A stretch of 64,000 bases of DNA from IMG/VR virus record IMGVR_UViG_3300028797_000113; one strand, given 5' to 3'. The stretch is from a virus (lineage: Duplodnaviria; Heunggongvirae; Uroviricota; Caudoviricetes). Made by a program: the position numbers and the translations under genes. A model generated the notes under the pieces. That model did no database searches. It was given only the letters and a program-made list of their open reading frames with translations, and was not told the origin of the DNA. Below are positions 45,959 through 55,230 of the stretch, piece after piece; position 1 is the first letter of the stretch; each line of letters opens with the position of its first letter.

Positions 45959-45996
45959 TATATTAACCATACGAGTGAGAAGATAAAGGAGAACAA

Positions 45997-46236
45997 ATGC
46001 TTCACGAAATCAAAATCACGGAAGAACAATACAACCACATAGAATCTATCAGGTATGACCTACCTCAAAAATTCCGATACGTCTCAAAAATATTATCCCC
46101 AAAGTACAAGATAACAGAAGAAACAACCTTTATCACATATAAAGACCCGTGGCACTTCTATCTTGTGTTTGAGTGTGATATTAATGAGCCTGCTAAAACG
46201 GACGAGACTGAAAAGAAAAAGGAGAACGACGTATGA
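45997..46236 (+). CDS. hypothetical protein
   Basis: SD aaaggagaac; 79 aa. Confidence 0.5.
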   Translation: MLHEIKITEEQYNHIESIRYDLPQKFRYVSKILSPKYKITEETTFITYKDPWHFYLVFECDINEPAKTDETEKKKENDV

Positions 46237-46400
46237 GTTTTGTAGAAGATTTAATTTCTGAAATGAACAAAGTCAAAGTCTATGACGTAGTAGACAATGA
46301 CAAGCCTATCAAAACGATAGAATGTAGTGTCGTATGCGACATCATCACGGTACTTTTAGACAAGTACGGAATTGGGGTGGACAATGATTTACATGGATAA
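46233..46400 (+). CDS. hypothetical small protein (55 aa, not in ORF track)
   Basis: ATG overlapping upstream stop; overlaps the NifS-like start. Confidence 0.3.
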   Translation: MSFVEDLISEMNKVKVYDVVDNDKPIKTIECSVVCDIITVLLDKYGIGVDNDLHG

Positions 46401-47484
46401 TGCAGCCACCAATATGGGCAACATAGGAATTTTTAATATTAACAGTCCGTATGCGGACAATAGTGAATTTGAAAACGCAAGAAAGCGCATAGCAAATTGT
46501 TTGAGATTAAAAGTAGAAAATATTTATTTTACTTCCGGCGGTTGTGAAGCAAACTCGTGGGCATTGCAAAGATGCGGTTGCAAAACAATTATTACAACCA
46601 AAATCGAGCATCCCTCTGTACTGAAATGTTGTGAGTGGTTAAGTAAGAACGGATATAATGTCATTTATCTTGACGTTGACAGATATGGCAGGATTGATGT
46701 GCTTGAACTTGACCGAACTTTATCGAAGATTACATTAGCGCCTACGCTCGTTTCGATTATGGCAGTCAATAATGAGATAGGTACGGTTCAAGACTTGAAG
46801 GCCATTAGAAAAGTTATTGATTATCACAACGAATTACGACAAAGAGCAAGTACAGAAACGGGAACCAATTTCTGTGAGCCTATTTATTTTCACTCGGATT
46901 GTGTACAAGCAATAGGACATTTAAAACTTCCTTACGACTGTTTGGATATGTTCTCTGCTTCGGGCCATAAATTTGGTTTTAATTTCGGTGTTGGCTTTTT
47001 ATATAGCCGAATCCCCATTCAGCCATTGATATTCGGTGGTTCACAAGAGAAAGGCTTAAGGGGAGGCACATCAAATGCAAAAGCCGTAATCGAAATGGCA
47101 GACAGCCTGACAGACAACTACCAAAACGGCAAGAGACTTCGCAAGGATGAAGAGCTTGTTGCGTACTTAAGGACATCCCTTCAGAAATTCGACGTAGTAT
47201 TTAATACTCCACCGCATTGTTTATCAAGTATATTATCTGTTTCTTTTAAAAATATTGATTCAGAAAAATTAATGATGTTCTTAAAGGATTTCGACATATT
47301 TGTTTCAGCAGGCAGTGCTTGTGCCGCGGATCACAAAGAACCATCACACGTACTCAAGGCTATCGGAGTTCCTAAAGATTATATCCACGGAACAATCCGT
47401 TTCTCGCTTTCGTCAAAACTTACTTCAAAAGAAGATATTGACCAAGTGATGAGCCTAATAAAACAGTTTTTGGAGAATCAATAA
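46384..47484 (+). CDS. cysteine desulfurase (NifS/IscS-like, class-V aminotransferase)
   Basis: IYMDNAATN start, SASGHKFGFNFGVGFLY PLP-lysine motif, C-terminal SAGSACAA active-site Cys loop. Confidence 0.8.
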   Translation: MIYMDNAATNMGNIGIFNINSPYADNSEFENARKRIANCLRLKVENIYFTSGGCEANSWALQRCGCKTIITTKIEHPSVLKCCEWLSKNGYNVIYLDVDRYGRIDVLELDRTLSKITLAPTLVSIMAVNNEIGTVQDLKAIRKVIDYHNELRQRASTETGTNFCEPIYFHSDCVQAIGHLKLPYDCLDMFSASGHKFGFNFGVGFLYSRIPIQPLIFGGSQEKGLRGGTSNAKAVIEMADSLTDNYQNGKRLRKDEELVAYLRTSLQKFDVVFNTPPHCLSSILSVSFKNIDSEKLMMFLKDFDIFVSAGSACAADHKEPSHVLKAIGVPKDYIHGTIRFSLSSKLTSKEDIDQVMSLIKQFLENQ

Positions 47485-48170
47485 TGAAAAGAATTGACAA
47501 ATTTAATCTCGTCTTACACGAAATACAATCCATCTTAACAATTATATTTCTTTTCTTGGGTGGGTTGTTCTTCACATTAGAGATAACAATGCTTATCCAA
47601 ATGGATAAACAAGAGCAACCGATAGTGATAGACGAGACAGAAGAAGTCATTGAAGAAATCGTTGTCGACGAACCAGTAGTGGTAAATATACCTCCTACAA
47701 GAGAAGAATTAATGTTCGAAGACTTCGAAGCATTGACTCAGATTGAGGATAAAAAGGACTGGTATCTGGCTTACAAAGGTTTTCTCGAAGACTATCCTGA
47801 GTTTGATAGAGGTTCGTCTCTTTATGACAGATACAACGATGAAGAAATTTATATGATGCAACGCGTTATCGAAACAGAAGTCTACGGTTGTGACTTCGAC
47901 GCGAAAGCAAATGTTGCAAGTGTAATTTTAAATCGAATTGAAGGGGATAATAATTTCCCCGATGATGCAATAACAGTTTGTACCGCTCCCGGTCAGTTTG
48001 TTTACTCAAGAAAACAAATATCAGAAGACACTCAACTTGCTTTAGAGTACGCTGCTGAAATTGAAGACACCACAAATGGAGCCTTGTATTTTAACAGTAT
48101 GGCACCTATGGATTCATGGAATGGTCGAACAAGGATTTTTACGGACCACGTAGGTCATTCATTCTACTAA
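47484..48170 (+). CDS. SleB-type cell-wall hydrolase (Hydrolase_2) with N-terminal TM anchor
   Basis: TM ILTIIFLFLGGLFFTL; NVASVILNRIEGDNNFPDDAITVCTAPGQFVYS matches the SleB/CwlJ catalytic region. Confidence 0.7.
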   Translation: MKRIDKFNLVLHEIQSILTIIFLFLGGLFFTLEITMLIQMDKQEQPIVIDETEEVIEEIVVDEPVVVNIPPTREELMFEDFEALTQIEDKKDWYLAYKGFLEDYPEFDRGSSLYDRYNDEEIYMMQRVIETEVYGCDFDAKANVASVILNRIEGDNNFPDDAITVCTAPGQFVYSRKQISEDTQLALEYAAEIEDTTNGALYFNSMAPMDSWNGRTRIFTDHVGHSFY

Positions 48171-48248
48171 TATGGGTACGGCTGTAATAATAATACTATT
48201 ACTTGTTATAGTGGTAGTTTTATTCTGCGACGATTGGAGAAAGAGAAA

Positions 48249-48578
48249 ATGAACATACTGTATTGTGGAGTAAAACAAGAAATTAAAAAACTTGCGGAAG
48301 AGATTCATAGCAGGTTCGATTATAACGGCGAATATGTTGAAAGTGCAGAATTGTCGACCAGTATCAAAAAGCTGAGGAGGGCGATAAGTCGAAATGATAT
48401 TCTAATAATTGACTTGAGTTTTATATCTTCGACAACTGCAATCCTAATTGCTCTTGCAGAAGAACATAACTTAGAAATTATAGGCTATTATTTACAAGAA
48501 CCTCCACAGAAGACGCGATACTCTGATGTATGTGATGCCATACTAAACGTCGACGACATAGTAGATTATATTGAATGA
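48249..48578 (+). CDS. hypothetical protein
   Basis: SD ggagaaagagaaa then ATG 48249; 109 aa. Confidence 0.45.
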   Translation: MNILYCGVKQEIKKLAEEIHSRFDYNGEYVESAELSTSIKKLRRAISRNDILIIDLSFISSTTAILIALAEEHNLEIIGYYLQEPPQKTRYSDVCDAILNVDDIVDYIE

Positions 48579-49020
48579 GGTAAACATTGTGGATTTAATA
48601 GAAAAAGAATTTGATTTTTGCGGGTATCATTGCTTGATTACTTTTACAGAAGTAGGATATAGATGTGGATATGTTGTAATACCCGACAATGATTATTTTT
48701 ACGGAAAAAATTTTTATGACATTAACGATACAAAAAAATTACCAATACCATTGTCCTATGCGGGCCGAACATTTCCACGGCAAGATGGCAATTATTGGAT
48801 AGGATTCACTTGTGATAACAAAGGCGATAAGCCCGACACAAACAGAGTAAAAGAAATATGGGGAGATAAGGCGATGGTGTTAACCTTTTTGAATATGCAA
48901 AAGCTCCCCGTACTTCCAAAAGACGGAACGATCAGAACGACGGAATATGTCGAGGATAAGTTAAAGCAGTTAGTATTGGAGATTAAGAGATGCAATACGG
49001 AGACAGAATCCCGGAACTAA
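48571..49020 (+). CDS. hypothetical protein (start TTG 48571 or GTG 48589)
   Basis: 149 aa Cys/Tyr-containing. Confidence 0.45.
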   Translation: MNEVNIVDLIEKEFDFCGYHCLITFTEVGYRCGYVVIPDNDYFYGKNFYDINDTKKLPIPLSYAGRTFPRQDGNYWIGFTCDNKGDKPDTNRVKEIWGDKAMVLTFLNMQKLPVLPKDGTIRTTEYVEDKLKQLVLEIKRCNTETESRN

Positions 49021-49343
49021 ATTTTAAAATGCTTAATTATTCAGAGGAACGCTTAAAGAATTTAAGATTTCACAGAGTGTTAGATTCCCCTGAAATGTTT
49101 TATATTAAGTTTCCAGTAGACTTATTGACTGCGAGGATTGTTGTAAATACAAAAAACGGCGAAGTCAATTGTTATTTATACGGACAAACTGGAGAATTAT
49201 ATCAGGCATTCTTTACGCATAGCACCAATACCGATAGTTATATTTTTAAAATCAACAAATTATATGTTGAAGAATTGAAGAAGTTTGGAATAAAGGAGAT
49301 AGAAAATGGCAAACACAGCAAAAAGAGAATGGAAACAGAGTGA
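48990..49343 (+). CDS. hypothetical protein
   Basis: 117 aa. Confidence 0.5.
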   Translation: MQYGDRIPELNFKMLNYSEERLKNLRFHRVLDSPEMFYIKFPVDLLTARIVVNTKNGEVNCYLYGQTGELYQAFFTHSTNTDSYIFKINKLYVEELKKFGIKEIENGKHSKKRMETE

Positions 49344-49932
49344 TTTCAGATTAAACAAAAAGGGCAAGCCTTTTCTCGTAAGAGAAGACAGGTCAGGCTA
49401 TCAGCCTACGGAAGTTAAACGCAAAGAAGAAATAGACAAACCCAAGAAAACAGATTTCGAAATCATAAGGAGAGAACAAATGGATGTAACGTATGCAGTA
49501 TTAAAATTCAAGAAACTTAAGGATGACGCAGAATTGCCGATGAAACCTACATTCGGCAGCGCGGGATATGATGTTATCGCTTGTGCGGATGAAATTATCA
49601 CCATTCAGCCCGGAGAAACAGTAATGATTCCCACTGGTCTTACGGCATCCTTCAGGAAAGAATTTGTCGGCCTGCTCTATTCAAAGGACACTATGGCTAC
49701 TAAATACGGTCTTGTTATTGCTCAGGGCGTTGCAGTCATAGATTCAGACTGTCGCACTGAATGGAAAGTCCCGATCAAGAATATATCTGACAAGCCTCAA
49801 TTAATTCGTTCTGGCGACAGAATTGCTCAGTTATTGGTACAGCCCGTATGTAGAGTGAAGATGTTTGAAGTAGATGACTTAAACCGCACTCATTATAACA
49901 GATACAACGGAGGCGAAAATGAAGATGAGTAA
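49306..49932 (+). CDS. dut: dUTP diphosphatase (possibly with N-terminal extension; alternative start 49480)
   Basis: PTFGSAGYDV motif 3, LIRSGDRIAQL motif; strong SD at both 49306 and 49480. Confidence 0.8.
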   Translation: MANTAKREWKQSDFRLNKKGKPFLVREDRSGYQPTEVKRKEEIDKPKKTDFEIIRREQMDVTYAVLKFKKLKDDAELPMKPTFGSAGYDVIACADEIITIQPGETVMIPTGLTASFRKEFVGLLYSKDTMATKYGLVIAQGVAVIDSDCRTEWKVPIKNISDKPQLIRSGDRIAQLLVQPVCRVKMFEVDDLNRTHYNRYNGGENEDE

Positions 49933-50161
49933 TGACGATATTAGAATTGATGACGTGTCTGTTGAAACGCTGCATTCCCCCACGCATGAAATCATTAAGT
50001 TTAAATGGACCGGGAATTTAGGTTTCGGAGAATATACTCTTTATGAAGACCACGGAATATGGCGAGCAGATTCCGAACATATGGATGCATACGATTTGAA
50101 TAAAACATTTTTAAAACAACTTTTAAATAAATTTGCTGACACGGTAGACGTGGTAAGCTGA
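49919..50161 (+). CDS. hypothetical protein
   Basis: 80 aa. Confidence 0.5.
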   Translation: MKMSNDDIRIDDVSVETLHSPTHEIIKFKWTGNLGFGEYTLYEDHGIWRADSEHMDAYDLNKTFLKQLLNKFADTVDVVS

Positions 50162-50176
50162 AAGGAAGTAAAGGAT

Positions 50177-50350
50177 ATGGAATTTTTAACAATCGAAGAA
50201 GTTCAACAAATCTTAAGAATAGGCAAGAACTCCGCTTACGATTTATGTAAACGCGAAGACTTCCCTTGTGTTAAGATAGGACGCTCTTACAGAGTTCCGA
50301 AAAAAGACTTTGAAGAGTGGTTAAGTAAACAGACTTGCAAGAAAGAGTAA
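50177..50350 (+). CDS. excisionase/MerR-type HTH (HTH_17-like) small protein (57 aa, not in ORF track)
   Basis: SD aaggaagtaaagg; LTIEEVQQILRIGKNSAYDLCKREDFPCVKIGRSYRVPKKDFEEWL is a typical Xis/AlpA-type HTH. Confidence 0.55.
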   Translation: MEFLTIEEVQQILRIGKNSAYDLCKREDFPCVKIGRSYRVPKKDFEEWLSKQTCKKE

Positions 50351-50352
50351 TT

Positions 50353-50535
50353 ATGGAGCGCGTCGTATATAAATTGGGAGACTGGGTTGAATATATTCGT
50401 CGACACTACGTGGTCGAACGTCCTGAACCCGTAATTACTCACGAAGAAGGTGTTGTCACGAATATTTTCAGACACAAAAGAATAAAAGCAAAAAATCCCC
50501 CGAGAAATCGGGGGTATTTTTTTAATAGTGAATGA
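50353..50535 (+). CDS. possible small ORF (60 aa) running into the terminator
   Basis: ATG 3 nt after previous stop, weak SD; overlaps the 3' end of the convergent gene. Confidence 0.25.
   Translation: MERVVYKLGDWVEYIRRHYVVERPEPVITHEEGVVTNIFRHKRIKAKNPPRNRGYFFNSE
50497..50523. terminator. bidirectional rho-independent terminator between convergent blocks
   Basis: CCCCCGA-gaaa-TCGGGGG then TATTTTTTT on + strand; A/T runs on both sides. Confidence 0.7.
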
Positions 50536-52432
50536 TTTCATAGAAGTACCAGTCGGTGTCTTCTTCACACGTTGCATTGGGATAGTCTTTATAATAGACC
50601 GCTTCATGCCAGATGTATTCGTCTTGGAAACGATAATGGAATAATCCACCGTGATTATATTGTGGCCAATAAGGTTCATCTTGCATAACATCTTTAGCGG
50701 ATTTATATGACTCATAAGTCGTATATTCCAGACCGCCTAAGATGCCTCTGATTGCACTATACTGCCAATAGGATTCATCACACACATCGTTGGGTATTCT
50801 AAAATAACCAATAGGTATTCCAAAATCAAATGATTGCCAATCTTCATGCGACCAAGGGAGGTCGTCATAATGAACTCCGCTTGGTGTTTTGCCCGCAGTA
50901 TCAACCGCGTTGGCTAACGAAATAACGCCACTTGAATAATTATTGTGAGTAAGTACGTTTACATTAATAATTTTGGTGTATTGAAATGCCTGACTATATG
51001 CCCAAGCATTAATGGTGCTTGGAATGATGGCTTCATCCATATATAAATTATGACAATAACAACATATTCCTCCACATTCAGTGACACCTTCGGGAATGGT
51101 AACGGGGAAATTATAGTTTTTGCAACCGTTAAACATATTGGTGACGTGTTGAACCGAAGAAGGTATCACGATGTTACGATTCAGATTCTCGCATCCGAAA
51201 AACATCCCCTCAGTATCTAAACAACCAGACGGTATCACAATATCTTGATTGAGATTATAACAACCAGAAAAGCAATTGCTCAATATTTTTACAGTGGAAG
51301 GTATTCGGATATTCTGGTCCAAATTAGTACACGACGCAAATGTTCCTCTCATCTCAATTAACCCTTCAGGGAAAGATATATTCTGATTAAATCTCATATA
51401 ACAAGAAGCAAAGGTTTGATATGCAAATTTCAAGTGGCTTGGCATTTGTACGTTCTGATTAAAATAACCACAACTGGTAAACGTACCGCTTAATGACTCG
51501 ATATTGTCATCAAAAGTTATGGGGGCATTTAAACCATTGCATCCCATAAATATATATCCTCCGTCAGTATTAATTTCAGCTGTATCTCCATAGTAATTAT
51601 AGTTTACAAAATACTCATAGTCAGAATAATAATTACTCGGATAGTAAGGCACATAAAAGGGCTGATCGAGGCTATAGCAATAAGATAACATTCCAGTCAA
51701 AATTGAATTGCAGGGTATCTTTATCGGTTGGTCTAAATTCGTGCAGTGATAAAACATACACGTGGCATCAACATTATTAGGCACCTTGATATTCTGATTT
51801 AAGTTTTCACAGTAATAAAACATATAATAGCAATTATTTGCCCCGTCTGGTATTTTGATATTTTGATTCAGATTATAGCAATAGTAAAAACACTGATAGA
51901 AATTTACAACGCTACTCGGGAATTGTATGTTTTGATTCAGCCTATAATCGTACTCAAATGCCCATGGCATATCTATCGGCGACACACCCATAAAGATAAC
52001 ATTGCCGTTGAAGTTATGCCAATCCCTAAATGCCCACGCAAAATTACCAGCACCATAACCGCCATTGCCATTACTATAGACATAGATATTGGCATTGTAA
52101 TAACAGCCATCGCCTATCAGTCCATACCAGTAATTACAACTTGCGGGTATGTTAAGGTCTTGACTAAAATTATTAGCGTGAGTAAACATATTTTGCATCG
52201 TCTCGATGTGGCTACTGTATGGACTGATATGTACAGGCGAATTAAAATTCACGCAATCATAGAACATACCGTACGCATTGTTAACCTCATCAGGAATTGT
52301 AAACGGCGCATTATAATTATTTAGGTCATTAAACATATATGACGCATTATTATTTTTAATTCCTACACCACTTCCCAATGATATAGAAAAGGGAACATCC
52401 AAGTCCCTGAAATCATTAAATAACATTCCCAT
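50522..52432 (-). CDS. BspA-type leucine-rich-repeat (LRR_5-like) fibre / receptor-binding protein
   Basis: 636 aa made almost entirely of about 23-aa repeats of form IPxxVxxxxxMFxxCxNLNQxIxIP; N-terminus paralogous to the 53083 ORF. Confidence 0.65.
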   Translation of the reverse strand: MGMLFNDFRDLDVPFSISLGSGVGIKNNNASYMFNDLNNYNAPFTIPDEVNNAYGMFYDCVNFNSPVHISPYSSHIETMQNMFTHANNFSQDLNIPASCNYWYGLIGDGCYYNANIYVYSNGNGGYGAGNFAWAFRDWHNFNGNVIFMGVSPIDMPWAFEYDYRLNQNIQFPSSVVNFYQCFYYCYNLNQNIKIPDGANNCYYMFYYCENLNQNIKVPNNVDATCMFYHCTNLDQPIKIPCNSILTGMLSYCYSLDQPFYVPYYPSNYYSDYEYFVNYNYYGDTAEINTDGGYIFMGCNGLNAPITFDDNIESLSGTFTSCGYFNQNVQMPSHLKFAYQTFASCYMRFNQNISFPEGLIEMRGTFASCTNLDQNIRIPSTVKILSNCFSGCYNLNQDIVIPSGCLDTEGMFFGCENLNRNIVIPSSVQHVTNMFNGCKNYNFPVTIPEGVTECGGICCYCHNLYMDEAIIPSTINAWAYSQAFQYTKIINVNVLTHNNYSSGVISLANAVDTAGKTPSGVHYDDLPWSHEDWQSFDFGIPIGYFRIPNDVCDESYWQYSAIRGILGGLEYTTYESYKSAKDVMQDEPYWPQYNHGGLFHYRFQDEYIWHEAVYYKDYPNATCEEDTDWYFYEIIHY

Positions 52433-52446
52433 TTGAATGCTCCTTT

Positions 52447-53070
52447 CTATTCATAATATTCGTTGTCTAACATTACAGGATAACCTAATAACGTCGACGG
52501 TATGGTTACATCATAGTTGCCAAAGTAGGCGTGCCAATCCGCTGCTTTAATCTTTGTAATATACAGCACATCGTTCTCAATGTAATATTCAAAGAACCTT
52601 GTGTAATCAAAGGCGTCTCTCTTATACCATATTCCAGACATCTTCAAAATAGATATTTCATAAATCGAATTAGGTTCGAAGGTGGGCGGGCCGTTAAGCC
52701 ACGACAGGCTTCTTTGAGATGTCTCGGGATATTTTAAGAATGTAACCTGAGGCACGGATTCGCCAAAGGTCAACACGAAATATGTGTGACCTTCAGCACG
52801 AACACGCAATACGGTGCTTTCTGTAATTGTCATATAATGCAAGGAAGACTCTCTCGCCATAATCTCGTCAATCGCATCCTGAGTGTTGGTTGCATCCAGT
52901 TTCTCGTTGGAAACCGTGATACGAGTAGCGGTAAGATTATCAAATACTTGCTGTTGAACATCGGGATATGCAGCGTCGAGTTTTTCCATATTCTCGTTAT
53001 GCGTATCCAAGTTCCAATACTTACTTCCCAGAGGAAGTCTTAAATTCAAATTAGGTGTGTAATTAGCCAT
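52447..53070 (-). CDS. fibre-associated adaptor protein (fused A+B form)
   Basis: N-terminus MANYTPNLNLRLP paralogous to the 55977 ORF; C-terminus ...WHAYFGNYDVTIPSTLLGYPV paralogous to the end of the 55231 ORF; TAG stop. Confidence 0.55.
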   Translation of the reverse strand: MANYTPNLNLRLPLGSKYWNLDTHNENMEKLDAAYPDVQQQVFDNLTATRITVSNEKLDATNTQDAIDEIMARESSLHYMTITESTVLRVRAEGHTYFVLTFGESVPQVTFLKYPETSQRSLSWLNGPPTFEPNSIYEISILKMSGIWYKRDAFDYTRFFEYYIENDVLYITKIKAADWHAYFGNYDVTIPSTLLGYPVMLDNEYYE

Positions 53071-53082
53071 AAAACTTCCTCC

Positions 53083-55215
53083 TTAAATAAAGTTAAGTAA
53101 GCAAGTATATTTAGGAGGGACTTCAGAGCCGGGAGCAAGATTTGCCCAATCCCAATATAAATATACTATGCAGTTATTCGTGCCTGTATATGTTCCAGCC
53201 CAACTAAAGTACGGAGTTCCATTAGAGTTAAAATTCTGAACGTAGTCTTGATAATTACAAGGACCCCAGATGCCTCGGAAATTTCCTGAAACATATCCAT
53301 CGCTTGCTCCAAAGAGCCAAGCGGCATTGGATGGACTCGGTCCTCCTGCTCCTTCTATTGTGTGAAAACAAATCTCAACATTGTATTCGTAATTATAGGT
53401 TCGGTAAGGGTAATAAGTTTGCGTAAAATTATACCATACCGTTGCATTATTGAGCATATTAATATGAAACAATGTGTCTCCATAAGATACCACACGACCA
53501 TATTCATCACACTGAGCTGGGGTTAAGCCAGTTACATCAGGACTATAAAGCAATGGGTCTCTACGTGGTATAGGTTTGAAAAGACCACCATTAACCAAGT
53601 CATAAAAATCCAATACGTCTGCCTGTATGGTTATGTTTCGTATTTTTGTGTTCTGGCACGCACGGAAAATTCGGTTACAATTAGGACCAAACACAACTTC
53701 GGGAATATGCAAATTGCAAGAATTTAAAAATACATTTCTGGCATTGCGAAGATTAGTAAGAGGCAGTGTAATGTGCTGATTTAAATTTCCACAGTTCTCA
53801 AACATTCCGTTGACTTCTATAACAGATTCTGGTATCTGAATGTTTTGGTTGAGACTGTGACAATTTTGGAACATATTTACGCATCGCTCCAAAGTGCTTG
53901 GCAATCCAATATTCTGGTTGAAAGCATCACAATATGAAAACATATAGGAACTGTCTATTAAATTCGCACTTAAATGTATATTCTGATTGAGATTATCGCA
54001 ATCATAAAAACAAGAGGTTGCATACGTGACAGTGTCTGGTATATAAATATTTTGGTCAAGACTCGAACAATGAGAAAACGCCGAGTACATTTGTTCTACT
54101 CCCACTGGTATTTGCAAATTTTGATTGAATCTTGAGCAATAACTGAAAGTTCCTTCCATCCTTTTTAACGAACTCGGTAATGTTAACAATGTATTAAAAT
54201 TATAACAACTGCTAAAGGTAGATTGCATAACCTCTACAGTGCTCGGCAATCCGATAACACAATTCAGATTGATACAATCTTCAAAAGTTGCCCATAAATT
54301 CTCAACGCCTTCAGGAAATGAAATAGGGTAATTGAAATTACGACAGTTCCCTAATACTGAACCAATACCTAACCATCCTGATTCAAACACAACATCTGAA
54401 TTAAAACTCGGACATGATGAAAACAATCCATTGGAGTTCCAAATGTGGTCAAATGAACTACTACCCCTGCACACAGGAACAAAAAACGGCTTATTCAAAT
54501 TAATACAATTAGCGAACATATAAGTAATTTCCGAATTGCGAGGAATCGGAACGGTCACATTAAGATTTCCACAATAACAAAAACAATCAGCAGCGTTGAT
54601 GTTATCTGGCATATGGATTGCTTGATTAAAATTACTGCATCCATAAAAACAACTATACATACAATTAACAGTATCTGGAATTTGTATATTTCGATTCAAG
54701 TTGTTACAACCATAAAACGCAGATGCCATATTCTGAGGATGAGTACCATCCATAAAACGAATATCGCCATTAAATCCACTCATATAAGAAAAGGCATAAC
54801 TGTAGTTGTTAGGCTCTCCAGTTCCAGTAGTCGCATACACATTTACATTGGCGGTATAATTGCTACAGCCGTTTAATATATAACCATATGCTATTGCGCT
54901 CTCAGGAATATTTATGTCTTGATTGAAGTTAATACAATTAGAGAACATATAGTTCAATGCTCGCAAATTCTGATGATGTGGGTCTATAGATATAGGTGCA
55001 TTAAGATTTTGACATTCATAAAACATATCCATCGAAGACATAACACAATCGGGAACAGCAAACGGAGCATTGTAGTTTCTGCAATTCGCAAAAATCCACT
55101 CTGCTCTATTGGAAACTATATGCGATTGGTAATCATAATAACCAGTAAACCCGACATTGCTTCCCAGATTCATAGAGAAACTATCTTGATTTAAGTTATC
55201 AATAAAATAGCCCAT
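53083..55215 (-). CDS. BspA-type leucine-rich-repeat fibre / receptor-binding protein
   Basis: 710 aa; repeats such as QNIQIPESVIEVNGMFENCGNLNQHITLP. Confidence 0.65.
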   Translation of the reverse strand: MGYFIDNLNQDSFSMNLGSNVGFTGYYDYQSHIVSNRAEWIFANCRNYNAPFAVPDCVMSSMDMFYECQNLNAPISIDPHHQNLRALNYMFSNCINFNQDINIPESAIAYGYILNGCSNYTANVNVYATTGTGEPNNYSYAFSYMSGFNGDIRFMDGTHPQNMASAFYGCNNLNRNIQIPDTVNCMYSCFYGCSNFNQAIHMPDNINAADCFCYCGNLNVTVPIPRNSEITYMFANCINLNKPFFVPVCRGSSSFDHIWNSNGLFSSCPSFNSDVVFESGWLGIGSVLGNCRNFNYPISFPEGVENLWATFEDCINLNCVIGLPSTVEVMQSTFSSCYNFNTLLTLPSSLKRMEGTFSYCSRFNQNLQIPVGVEQMYSAFSHCSSLDQNIYIPDTVTYATSCFYDCDNLNQNIHLSANLIDSSYMFSYCDAFNQNIGLPSTLERCVNMFQNCHSLNQNIQIPESVIEVNGMFENCGNLNQHITLPLTNLRNARNVFLNSCNLHIPEVVFGPNCNRIFRACQNTKIRNITIQADVLDFYDLVNGGLFKPIPRRDPLLYSPDVTGLTPAQCDEYGRVVSYGDTLFHINMLNNATVWYNFTQTYYPYRTYNYEYNVEICFHTIEGAGGPSPSNAAWLFGASDGYVSGNFRGIWGPCNYQDYVQNFNSNGTPYFSWAGTYTGTNNCIVYLYWDWANLAPGSEVPPKYTCLLNFI

Positions 55216-55230
55216 AGTTAGTCCTCCTTT

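Noticed and set aside
48249-48578. Nucleoside 2-deoxyribosyltransferase assignment for the 109-aa ORF
   Set aside because: It is too short and lacks the GTAFE(I/L)G catalytic motif.
52430-52433. One-nucleotide disagreement between ORF-track coordinates and coordinates counted from the displayed sequence
   Set aside because: The displayed cat start codon of the 636-aa gene counts to 52431-52433, while the track gives 52430-52432. Neighbouring genes agree. This is a formatting inconsistency, not biology. It is the reason hand-derived coordinates are given as approximate.
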